Below, piece by piece: positions 53,378 to 64,000 of a stretch of 64,000 nucleotides of DNA. Source of the DNA: Camelus dromedarius (Eukaryota); the NCBI RefSeq assembly GCF_036321535.1, contig NC_087437.1:26786001-26850000 (forward strand). The letters are read 5' to 3'. Both the position numbers and the translations under genes were made by a program. Under the pieces are notes generated by a model, which was not told the DNA's origin, searched no databases, and saw nothing but the letters and a program-made list of their open reading frames with translations. The stretch's first letter is position 1. The number at the start of each line of letters is the position of its first letter.

Positions 53378-56133
53378 ACCCCTCTCAAGCCGCATAATCT
53401 GTATCATAGCATTTACAGTGGACTTTAAAAAGGGTAATAACATATTTCAGTATTTTTTTCAACTAATGTTTGATTAATTGTACAAATTCAGGTTACAGCT
53501 TTCTTTAGAGAGGGGAATTATAATTATAATTTTCTGAGCTGATATGAAAACATAAGTCAGCAGAGAGGCCCTGCGTCAGGCGAGGCTGCCATCTGAGCTC
53601 ACAAGGGAGGAAATCCTTGGAAAGGTGTTTTATAGTCCAGCCCTCAGCAATTCAGCTGTGCTTCATTTCAAGATGCATTTCTGCCTCATGTGTCATAACA
53701 ACCAGCTAACCTTCTTGCCCCTTGGAGGGGCACTTTTGGAAGATCAAGAAGAGAATGTGCTTCAGCCACATTCTCTCCTAGGACAGCTATGAGGCAAGCT
53801 GCCACAGAAAACGAAACTGGGTACATTTGACTGGTTCTGGGTTTTCTCCTAAAGGCAGGATGTAGACCGGGCTTTCTGAAAGGGTCACTGAAGTTTGCAA
53901 AATTCTCTCTGCCCCTGGCTGATTGAATGAAACAGAGCCAACTCATTGCTCTGATTGGAAATCATGTGAAACTTATTTATGCCATTTTTAAATTTTCGCT
54001 CTTTAACTCCCTATCAGACGTTGAGCAGAGCTTGCATCAGAGTCTGGAGCTGGTTATAATCATGCTGGAAGTAAACTCAATACGGAGTGAGAATCCAGGT
54101 GAACCAAAGTAAACATGGGCTCTTTGTGAATCCAATCACTGCTGTATGCCCCTCTTCAAAGCCTACAAACTCCTAAGTAGTTCCCATAAATCCAAACTGC
54201 ATTGAAAAGATTTGCTCCAAGCCTTCCACCGGTAGCTTGCATCCACATGCATCAGATTCAGCTGTCTCTGAAGTCTGCAAAACGTTATCTGCCTCACGGT
54301 GTACAAACTACTGTCCCAAACTGTATTCAATCCAGATGGGCGGCTTTACCACTTCCTGACTTCCCTTCTATTAAAAGAATGAATATTTTGAAACCAGGCA
54401 ACTAGGAGACGAATATCCCAATTGAACGGGAGGCATATATATACTATTTGGGGAAAGCTTTCCAGTGGCATCCCCTCACATGAGGAAATAATGCCCCCCT
54501 TTCCTCCTGGATGTCTGAAATTTTCAACCCCCCTGGAATGTGCACCAGATCACATTCACAAGAGGATGAACATGGGCGTGCCCAGGGTCACATACCACTC
54601 TCAGTGAACCAGCTTGATCACCACAACTTTTGCTCTCACTCACAAAAACAAATTAGAATGCAAATGAGGTTAATTGTCACAGGAATAAGCTTTAATCTAT
54701 TTTTTAAAATGTTTTGCAAACACTGGCGCTTCACTATTAGTAACAATAACTTAGTTGTGACAGCTGATCAGGCACATAGATATTTCAACCCTGATCTACT
54801 CAGACCACCACCACTCCCAGAAGTACCTCCAGCCAGGTATTTACCAGTCACATAGATGGTGGCAATTGGTTTCTGTGTCTACTTCCTCCCCAAGCACAGG
54901 GGCAAAATCTTGGCCATCACTTTGTGTAAACCAGTGCCCAGGCTGTAGCAAGGATTCAAAAACAATTATGAAAACCAAGAGAAAGGTACACTCACGCCTA
55001 GAGTATCTCCAGAAGGATCCCCAGGATACTGGTGACAGTGGTTGTACCTAAGCAAAGGAACTGGAGGGTTGGGGTGAGAAACTTGCTTGTCACTATTTAT
55101 TTTATAATAATCGAACCTTTTAATTTGGATTTTGTATTAGTAGAGATTAGAATAGATATGTATTAAATAAGTAAACAAATAGGTGAATGAACAAGTTACT
55201 TTCAGGAGGGCAGGGTTGACTCCCAAAATATCGTTAGCTGTGCCGATTTAACGGCAGTGACTTTTCCCAGCCCTGAGTTTCAAATCCTTCTACTGACTCA
55301 TGGTAGGTTGTGTGTGCCAGGTCCAGAGAGTGTTGACACTCTGACTCAGTGTGTCCAGACATTCTTGGCTGAGGAGGAGACAGAGAACTGTCACAAAGGC
55401 TAGACTTTATTGGTCCAATTTTGATTCATTCAGCAGAAATGGAAGTGCTTGCTGCTTCTCTCAATATTCGATGTCTTCTCTTGTCTACAATGAGCAACTA
55501 TGGTTATTCCTTTAAGATAAAGCTCTAGTCCAAGCTCAAGGACAATTGGAATTCTTTAGAGAAAAAAAAAAACTATTTGTTTCCTAAATTTGTGTCTCCT
55601 TTTAGCCCCAGAGAAGCATTTTATTCCAGTGAATCCAAGAGCACCGGCTTCGGGGTCAGGCAGAACTTTCCTAACTGCTCTAGGCCTCAGAATCCTCAGT
55701 TGTATATAAACTGAGGACAATGGTATGTCTTTGACAAACGTCCATTAGGCCGAAATTAGCTAATGTGTTTAAAATCCCTGGGACACATTGCTCAAAAGGT
55801 ATTATTTGTATCCTCAAATAGTCTCATGGGCCTTTCACCCTAGAAATTGGCTGGGAATCAATACCAGTCTTTGCTTGGAGACAAGCTTTGTGGCTCACCT
55901 CTGATGTGCAGCTACACTATGAGTTTAAGGATGTTTTGCTCCCTCCTATAATGAATATATGCTGTGCATGATGTTTTTGACATGTCACTTCTTTTGCCTA
56001 GAGTTGTAAAGATTAGCAATAAGCTTGCTACTTCCAATATTGCCCCATGTTATCCATCTGCCCACCATAGTCCCCAGTCAATCACCTCCACTAGCATGAC
56101 TTTTCATCCAGCCATGTCAAGGTTATACAGTTT

Positions 56134-56228
56134 GAGGGTGAGCAGTAGTGCAGTGGTACAGCACGTGTTTAGCATGCACGAGGAGCTGGGTTCAGTCCCC
56201 AGTACCTCCATTAAAAAAAAAAAAAAAA
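56134..56228 (+). mobile_element. tRNA-Ala(AGC)-derived SINE (camelid Vic-type)
   Basis: tagtgcagtggtacagcacgtgtttagcatgcacgaggagctgggttcagtccccagtacctcca plus poly-A. Aligns by eye to tRNA-Ala-AGC with degenerate A and B boxes. Possible degraded TSD aaggttatacagtttga / aagagtatatagcttga. Confidence 0.8.
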
Positions 56229-56499
56229 GATAGTGGGAAAAAGAGTATATAGCTTGATGGTTGCCCCAGTACTGTTGGAAATTTGTCAACCCTGCTGTTT
56301 GAAGGGTGTTAGAAAGACGTCGGCACTGGAATCAGACTTTGTAGCAGTCTGCCAAGGCAAAAGAATTTTTAATGAGGTGTTTTGTTTTGTTTTTTTTCCC
56401 TTAAAGAGTCGAGGGATGAGAGAGCAGAGACCAGACTTTTTGAAACCACAATCCCAATTCCTGAACGTTTGGCAGGTTTGCCAGGAGGTGCAAGCTCCC

Positions 56500-56880
56500 C
56501 TCTGGCTCATCTGGCCGCTGCTGTTGCCTAGGCCATGGGATGGCTGGCAGGGGCCGCCAGGGGCCCTGCCTTTCCCAGCATGGAAGTGTGTGGCTCTCCA
56601 TACACTCCCGGCCCTGACAATGCCAAGAATCAGAAACAAGGGCCCAGAGTGTTCGCCGGCCCCGCATGAGTGGCAGCTTAGAGGGCCTTCATTGTGCTTG
56701 GTGCACCGAGAGCAGATTGTTATTCTGCAGGCATGAATCCGCGCCTGGGCAGAAGGCGCCACGCTCGCTCTTACCCGGCAGCGTCTTGCTGCTGCCGTGG
56801 AGGAGAGGGGGCCGCCGACGTCCAGAACTGCCGCGGGCTGTCTTCCAAGAATTGTGTCTAGAGGGCCCGCAGAGGGGGGA
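56500..56880. promoter_or_regulatory. Small CpG island / candidate alternative promoter
   Basis: About 20 CpGs in ~370 bp of GC-rich unique sequence, against a CpG-depleted background. Includes an RFX X-box-like GTTGCCTAGGCCAT at 56523-56536. Confidence 0.65.
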
Positions 56881-56900
56881 ATATTTGTTTTCTGAATTCA
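56775..56900 (-). other. Candidate alternative non-coding first exon (5' boundary uncertain)
   Basis: Minus-strand donor CGG|GTAAGA (plus strand tcttaccc near 56769-56776), inside the CpG island. Confidence 0.5.
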
Positions 56901-57446
56901 TAATACCCTCAAATTCCACTAGTCTATTATTTCCCCCTCCTTCCCTACCTCCCCCGCTGCAAAATAACATCAATTCATTAACCCCATTTCAGTGTGATTA
57001 TATTCTCACTACTTCAATTTATCATCACTTGGAAATTTACACTTTGCATAAAGCTTTATTAGAGAAAGATCTAAGATGGAAACAGTTCTTCCCATTGTCG
57101 GTTCTATTGTCATTCAAACAGTACTCCCTGGCGGGTTAGCTACTATAGATTTTAGCCCAGTTGCTGGAAGAATAAGGATAATAGTCTGTTTTTTATAGAA
57201 CTTTTTCCAGACTAGAGGGTTCTGAGGCACCAATGCATGAAATGACTCCCTTTTTCCTACAGTTATTGAAATCCTAACTCTCCATGCTTTCTCATTGGCT
57301 TAAACACATAACAACTAGATTTGTGGAAAAGATCTTAACTTTGGGGTCGGCTATGAAGGCCTACAAAATCATCCATCATACTGCAAAGTTAAATGATCAC
57401 TGTTTTTAAAAGCCTTCCTGGTTTCTCTGCCAACAGAGATATACTA

Positions 57447-57966
57447 GGGACGGCAGAGAAGTGTACATGAATTTCTCTAAGCCATTTTTCCGGTTCAGCA
57501 GTATCACACTGCTCTGGTGGTAAGGTTCTGAATGGCTTTGCAATAATCAAAAGATAAAGGAAAACATCTGGGCAAATTGAATAGCAGGACATAGTGACCA
57601 AGGAGATCTGCAGAGACTGTTTTGGGAAAAAGTTTGTGAAGGACACAATGTGAAGTACGCAACATGCACATATCATCTCCTCTACCTCACCTGTGCTCCT
57701 CCCTCTTCCCTCCAGCCCCCAAAGTGGGATTGACTCATCAGCTTTAAAGAAGTAAGAAACAGCAAGTGCAGAAGGATTGTCCAGGATGGAGTCTGCAGCA
57801 TCTTCCACTCCACTTCTCCCACCCCCCCCCCCCTTCTATCCTGAGCCTGGAGCATCAGAGACACCGAAGGTCTTAAAACTCTTCTCCCACTGACTCAGCC
57901 ACTCCTTCATGGGTGGGGACAGCAGGGAAGTGTGCATGAATTTCTCTAAGCCATTTTTCCGGTTCA
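57447..57966 (+). repeat. 51-bp direct repeat pair (57447-57497 and 57916-57966)
   Basis: gggac(g/a)gcag(a/g)gaagtgt(a/g)catgaatttctctaagccatttttccggttca; 48/51 identical. Confidence 0.95.
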
Positions 57967-58537
57967 AGCAAAAGGCAAAGGAAATGAAGGAATCTGCCTG
58001 ATGCACAAAGCACAGACTATGATTCTCCTCTAAGACATGTGCCCACAAGTAGACTATCATTATTTGAGGCAACTGTGAGTATAATTAAAAACCTTTCAGC
58101 ACTCCAGTCATATTTCCTGTCAGAAGGGCAAGATGACACACTGGGAACTAATCAGGTTAACTCTTTAGGCAATGAAAGTAGATGGGGCACTGTATGAACA
58201 TACACCCTTGTACACATGGGTATATGTCAGCAAAATTGAACTTTCTTCAACCATTCTTGAAAAATGGTACGTTTTATTCAAATAATGTTTACAAGGAACA
58301 GAATCAGTGGGATGCAGAAACTTTTTACCCATGCATTCACAGTAAATATTTTTGAAATACATAATAGAGGGTACATATTTTTGAATAAATGAACCAATGG
58401 TTTCTGTAACTCCCTAATTTTCCTCCTAAATTCATGTACTTTGGTGGTGTATTATTTTAGAGTAACATTGAAAATCAGTCTCAGTCAAAGAAAATGTAAT
58501 CACAAGGCTGTAGCAGAATTTATTCTCTTTTTTTCCC

Positions 58538-58631
58538 AAGGAAGGAAGAAAAAGAAAGAAAAGAAAGAAAGAAAGAGAGAAGGAAAGAGAGAAGGAAAGA
58601 GAGAAAGAGAAAGAGAGAAAGAGAGAAAGAG

Positions 58632-58678
<47 letters not shown>

Positions 58679-58780
58679 GAGAAAGAGAAAGAAAAGAAAA
58701 GAAAAGAAAAGAAAAGAAAAGAAAAGAAAAGAAAAGAAAAGAAAAGAAAAGAAAAGAAAAGAAAAGAAAAGAAAAGGAGA
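58538..58780. repeat. Pure-purine compound microsatellite including (GAAA)n and (GAAAA)17
   Basis: 243 bp of only A/G; (GAAAA)17 at 58691-58775. Confidence 0.95.
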
Positions 58781-59735
58781 CTGGAAAAAACCTGTTTCAT
58801 GCAGCCTTTGTCTGGGAATCCTGATGTCTGACTTTGATGGTCTTCCCTCCAAAGTAAGTTTGATAAAGGTACACTTTTTCGAGAAAACACACTCACCAGA
58901 GCTCTGAGTTTGTAAAAGGAGAACTATATCACAGATGGAAGTTGATGGAAGAATATTAGGAGCCTCAAGAGGCCCAGAGCTGCTTCTCTCCTCTGCCAGT
59001 CTGGAATCCAAATCTAGACCAATGTGCATTTGCTTGGAATGTCTTCTCTTCAAAGTATCAAAGTAAGACCCAGGAAATCTACTTTTAAAAACAAATGAAG
59101 TAATCAAAGTGAGATTCGCTTATCTGCCTACAAAGCAAAGGGTAATAACTGTTCCTTCCCCAGAGTATGAAAAATTGCATACAATTTAAGAAGGCCATGA
59201 ATTTACTTCTTTTGTAATTTACCTAATTGTTAATGCCCAAATGTGTTCAATCTGGTAGCAATGACTCTGCTGTTGTGTAATGTTCCCTGAGCATTCAGTA
59301 TTTTACTAGTTGGAAATAGCATTTTAAAAGTATGCTCTCTACCTTGAGGAAGTTCACCCAATCAGGAAGAAAAAAATATTGTTTGCTGGCTAGATATGTG
59401 ATTAATTACAATGACTCACACTTCTGTTCTGAGCTCTGCCACTCTACCTGGGTAGCCCTGGGCAAATCGTTTATATATCCCCATGCCTTGGTTTTCTCAT
59501 CTGTAAAATAGAGCTAAGAATACCAGTCTTGCTCATCTATTCAATGAGAATTAATTAATGTTTGAGATCCTCAGATGAAAGACTCTCCGGATGTGCAGAG
59601 AGCTATTACGCCAACAATAAAACTGCATTTATACACAGCTGGGCATGATTCACATGAGAAGAGACAAATGCCTGTGAGCTCTGCATCCTGTCAAGACCAG
59701 GATGTATATCTACCCCTTCATGGCGTAGGGCTTAG

Positions 59736-60404
59736 ACTCCATCCAGCAGAAATATAATGTGACCCACATAAGTAATTTTAAGTTTTCCAGTTGCCAAATT
59801 AAAAACATAAAAAAGGAACATATATAAATAATTTATTTGATTTCACCTAAAATATCAAAAATATCATTTCAACCTGTAATCCATGTGAGCAAGTATTAAT
59901 GATTTCTTTTACATTCTTCTTCTTTTTTTCTTTTTTTTTTTTTTTAACTAAACCATTGAACTCTGGTGTGTGTTTTGCACTCACAGCACATCTGGATTTG
60001 GACCAGTCAAGTTTCTTTCTTTCTTTCTTTTTTTTTATTCAATTGAAGTCTAGTCAATTCACAATGTTGTGTTAATTTCTGGTGAACAGCATAGTGATTC
60101 AGTTTATATATATATATATTCCTTTTCATATTCTTTTTCATTATAGACCATTACAAGGTATTGAATATAGTTCCCAGTGCTATACAATAGGACCTTGTTA
60201 TCTATTTTACGTATAGTAGTTAGTATCTACAAATCCTGAACTCCCAATTTATCCCTCCCCATTTCCTTTCCCCCGATAACTGTAAGTTTGTTTCCTATGT
60301 TTGTGAGTCTGTCTCTGTTTTGTAAATAAGTTCATTTGTTGTTCCAGTCAAATTTCAAGTGTTCATCAAACACATATGGTAAGTGGTTCCCATACTGGAG
60401 AGTC
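59736..60404 (+). mobile_element. MER33 hAT-Charlie element interrupted by an L1
   Basis: agaaatataatgtgacccacata...cactcacagcacatct...atttcaagtgttca matches MER33. Confidence 0.75.
60016..60343 (-). mobile_element. 5'-truncated L1 3' end inserted in MER33
   Basis: T-rich tail, then tattgaatatagttcccagtgctatacaatagg. TSD ccagtcaagtttc (60003-60015) / ccagtcaaatttc (60344-60356). Confidence 0.8.
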
Positions 60405-61538
60405 TAAGTCTAGGAGCTTCTGCAGCTCCAGGTTGTAAGTAATGTCCATTGATCCATGTACCTCTGGTTTCTCTTAGCATATAGGTCAACACAAATATAC
60501 CCCTCTTTCATCCTCTGTACTGCTGGGCTTCAGAGAGCATGATGCTAGAACGTCCCAGCTACCATAGCACTCAGGAGACAGCAAGAAGACAATGGAAGAT
60601 GCTCCAGAGAAAAAAAATAAATAAATCTTCCCCATTTCTCCCATCCTCACAGAGTGATGTCGTGAGACATTTGGGGCAAGTTCCCTATGTTTTCTCTATG
60701 ATCTCCAGAATACACTTGGCATCCCACAGACAGCACACAGACCACAGCATCACCTTCTCGTCTCCATTAAAAGAACATTCAGTCAACTTTAAATTATTTC
60801 CAGTAAAGTGGATGAGAAATTGAATGCAATAAACAAAATCTGTTTTGTTTTGTTTTGTTTCATCTCTTTGGAGGGTAATTATTGTTGGATTTTTCTTTGG
60901 TTAGTTGTTTGTTCTTTATATATATATATAAAGAGAGGGAGAGAGAGAGAATTGCATCAAATTATTAAGGACCTAAACCACTGTTGAGTTTAAACTTTAA
61001 ACTCATTTGCTTTAGACAAATCCCAACTCAAAAATTATAAGTATTTTTCTAAGTCAATTTGAAACAGCCAAGCCACAATGTGATATTACATAATGTCTTG
61101 CATAGTGCAAACTGCTCAAGAAAAAAATATGCCTTACGTGGACATGTTGGGCATTTCACGCTTCCCACTGATCTTTGGGAAACTGTTTTTCTCTCAACTC
61201 CAAGTTTCACATTGAAACCGTTAGCTTCCACCTAAACTCCAGTCTTGAATTTGCCCCCAAGATTCTGCCTCATACCTACCCTAAGCACGTTCTCTGTGAT
61301 CCTTTTCATACAAATTGCTGTGTGATCTTGAGTCCTTCTAAGCTGACCTCAGGTCATCAAATGTCTGTTGAACCTCTACCAGGGGCAAAACCTTGTGCAG
61401 GGCACTACAGGGAGCATAAGTACGACGAAGGACCTGCCCTCAAGCTGCCTATAAAAAGGAGGGGCAGGAAATGTACATTATTAGAGTGAAAGAAAGGCCA
61501 ACCTTTAGGAGAATTACAAAGATTCCCTTATACAAAGG

Positions 61539-61929
61539 TATTTTAGTAATTTCAGGCTGCTGTAACAAAATAGACTGGATGGCTTAAACAACAAAAATTT
61601 ACTTTCTCACAGTCCTGGGAGCTAGAAGTCCCAGATTAAAGTCCAGCAGGATTGGCTTCTGGTGAGAGCTCTCTTCTTGGCTTGTAAATGGCTGCCTTCT
61701 TGCTGGCTGCTCACATGGCCTTTCCTTAGTACATGTGAAGAGAGAGAGAGAACAGCTCCCTGGTGTCTCTTCTTATTTGGGCACTAATTGCATCAGGCCA
61801 GTGCCCCACCCTCACAACCTCATCTAATCCTAATTACCTCTCAAATGACCCATCTGTAGTACCATCACCTTAGTGGGTAGGACTTCAACATATGAATTTG
61901 GAGGGGACATAAACATTCAGTCTATAACA
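61539..61929 (-). mobile_element. MLT1A-family solo LTR
   Basis: caggctgctgtaacaaaat...ctcacatggcctttcct...ggacttcaacatatgaatttggaggggacataaacattcagtctataaca. Flanks aaagg / aaggg. Confidence 0.85.
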
Positions 61930-62129
61930 AAGGGTCTCAGAGTAAAGAGACCCTACCCCGTGGGTTGATCAGCAAAGATTCTATAATGGAAGTTGTCCCT
62001 GACATAACCATTAGGTGCCCTCCCTTCTGGGCACTAACAGAAGTTGCACATCAAGGGACAAATAGATGAAATAACTTTTGTACATCAGTACAACTATATG
62101 TGGTCAGTGAGTCTGTTACCCTGCCATTC

Positions 62130-63140
62130 AGCTCATGTGGCCTTCACCTCTCCTTCCTGAGCTCCAAGCCTGCATGTCCATCTATCTTCTGGACATCTCC
62201 CCCTTTATGACCCATGAGTATCTAAAACTTAACATCACTAAAACCAGAATTTGTTATCTTCCACCACCCAACCTGTCCCTGCTTCTGCTTCCCCCAACAT
62301 TTTTGGTACCAACCCCCTCCACTAAGTCATTCAAGCCAGCAATCTCCTCCTTTCTCAACTAAACCATCAAATCTACTCCTCATCTTTATCCCCATCCCCT
62401 CCTCACCATTTCCACTGCCTGTACCTTAGTTCAGATACTCATTATCTTTCTTTTAAACTACTGAAAGGCAATCACTTTTATATTTAAATAATAATAGCTA
62501 GCCTGTATTGAGAGCTTTCCATATGGCAGGCTCTGCCCTGAATGCTTTATAGGAATTGTTTCCTTTAAACTTCACACTATTATGATTTGCATTTTATGGA
62601 TGAGGAAACCAGGTCAACAGAGAGGCTAAAAAATTTGCCCAAACACACAGCTGCTAAGATAGAGAAGCAGGTGCTGAATCCCAGCAGTCTGAACCCAGAA
62701 CTTGCTCTCATCTTGACCCTAATGTGTTCTATCTTCTCACCGGTGGCCTCCCTCCTTCCAGACTACTCACCATCAATTCTTCCTCCATGCTATTGCCACA
62801 ATGATCTGTCCAAATGCAAATCCAGTGTCCTCATTTCCTGGCTTCAAACACTTCCATGACTTCCATTTCTTATAGGATGAAACTCCATGGGACCCAAGGC
62901 CACAAAGTCCTCCAGATTCTGGCTCTGCCTCTCTCTCCAGCTTTGTCTACTCTTGATTCGCCACCTCAGTCTTTTAATTCTAGCACTTTGAAATACTTCT
63001 CTCAGAAGATGCCTTTCCATTCCATGCCTCCAAGATGACCCCTGTCACAGAATATCTTTCTTCATCGGCTCTCCGTGTTCCTTCCCATTCAAAGCCTTAT
63101 GCATTTATATCTCAGCTTGAACAGAGCTTCCCTTCAAGGA
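62130..63140 (+). mobile_element. L2 fragments with an intervening MIR (minus strand, ~62488-62720)
   Basis: L2 motifs cctgagctccaag...tggacatctcc...aaacttaacat and gcttcaaacacttccatgacttcc; MIR motif cattttatggatgaggaaacc. Confidence 0.6.
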
Positions 63141-63967
63141 AACAAGCCAGTTAATTACAAATCATTTGCTGAAAGGATATTCCTGAATGATTACTTTGTC
63201 AAGTGACCAATTTACCAAATTTATCAAAAAATCTAAACTATTTAGAAAGTTTACAACAATTTATCTTGGATGGAATGGTTTCTGCACTTTTGAAGACTCC
63301 TATAGGTTATAGTTGGCCAGGTTAATCAACTGATCCCAAAAGCCTGACCTGCAGATCCTTCCTTCTGTCTCTCTGTGGCTCCTGTGTCCATGTCCACAGT
63401 TGATTGATGCACATGCAATCATTTCACATGTTTGAGATCCCTGAGAGATGGTGAGCTCCATAAGGGTCTGGTTATGTATGTTTTACCTCTTATCTCTGTT
63501 CCCAATGGAGTGTGGGATATGGTAGTGCTTTAACAAATATTATATTAAGCTGAATCTTAAGTAGTCAATAAATGGGCACTTTTATGGACTACCGTCTTTC
63601 ATCCATAAGGAAAAGGTAAATTATTAAGCAAAACAAAATATACATTCTAGAAACTTAGAAGTCTTAGACTATGCATATTCAGGCCTGCCCCTAACATATT
63701 TGGGGCCACCTTGAGTACAAATAGAGGACCACATACTACTATATGAAAAATAGCTTGAAGTTATAAAAGCAATCAAATAAACAATTAAATTAAATTTAGG
63801 CTATCTTTTTACCTTGAAAAAGTTTCAAAATTGTTTGAAAAGTAAGATTGACCCTAGAATTCTCAAGGGTATTGTAAGGATATCCAACCCCAGACCCTGG
63901 CCCTTGGTTCCTGGCCCCAAGCTTATAGTTCACGCATCTTTCTGCCCCCATCTCTGTGAAGTCACTC

Positions 63968-64000
63968 ACACACACGTGCACACACACACACACACACACA
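63968..64000. repeat. Interrupted (CA)n microsatellite running off the window end
   Basis: Read directly from the sequence. Confidence 0.9.

Larger units (their letters stand above)
1..56900 (-). other. PRICKLE2: 5' (UTR/intronic) part of a large minus-strand gene with alternative non-coding first exons; tentatively PRICKLE2
   Basis: Seen: two strong minus-strand donors (6497, 56775), each downstream of promoter-like sequence, and no credible coding exon anywhere in the window. The identity is inferred only from architecture. From memory, human PRICKLE2 has a ~0.55-kb non-coding first exon plus an alternative CpG-island first exon some 40-45 kb upstream. No alignment was done. Confidence 0.45.

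Noticed and set aside
56134..56210. Functional tRNA-Ala gene
   Set aside because: The 5' end/acceptor stem and D-arm are degenerate. It is followed by poly-A rather than an oligo-T terminator and has a possible TSD, so it is better explained as a SINE.
6497..56900. FGF1 as the multi-promoter host gene
   Set aside because: I could not find the FGF1 1B exon or promoter sequence as I recall it, on either strand.
56233..57139. Overlapping 88-167 aa ORFs on both strands around the CpG island
   Set aside because: Expected in GC-rich, stop-poor sequence. No recognisable domain, and the frames conflict with each other.
57447..57966. 51-bp repeat pair as a CRISPR repeat or as the LTRs of a mini-element
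   Set aside because: There are only two copies, separated by a 418-bp spacer, with no TG...CA termini, primer-binding site or flanking TSD.
58432..59107. ORFs of 127-195 aa (KE/R-rich and FS/L-rich)
   Set aside because: They are read-through of the purine microsatellite, which contains no stop codons.
1..64000. Prokaryotic or viral system (operon, CRISPR array, defence island, intact transposase or RT)
   Set aside because: The sequence is CpG-depleted mammalian DNA dense in eutherian repeats. No ORF exceeds 195 aa, and there is no regularly spaced repeat-spacer array.

Overview
This is mammalian (eutherian) genomic DNA and is essentially non-coding. It is not prokaryotic: there are no operons, CRISPR arrays or credible CDS, and every ORF in the track is short, repeat-derived or low-complexity. 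The repeat set points to a camelid (camel/alpaca-like) artiodactyl, by inference. It contains ancient eutherian MIR, L2, L1M, MaLR/ERVL LTRs and MER DNA transposons, younger artiodactyl-type L1 3' ends with target-site duplications (TSDs), and one tRNA-Ala(AGC)-derived SINE. I saw no Alu, B1, BovB/Bov-tA, PRE-1 or Can-SINE. The best gene signal is on the minus strand: a ~0.55-kb, uORF-rich, apparently non-coding exon ending at a strong donor at 6497, and a small CpG island with a second donor at 56775. These look like alternative first exons of one large gene whose coding exons lie to the left of the window. The layout fits my recollection of PRICKLE2, but that identification is tentative and unverified. 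I found no new biological system that the sequence alone supports. The notable items are this two-promoter/uORF architecture, a 51-bp dispersed direct repeat, several nested insertions with intact TSDs, a 243-bp pure-purine tract and candidate CTCF/AP-1/TEAD sites. Repeat family names come from recognising consensus sequences by eye. Boundaries without TSDs are approximate.
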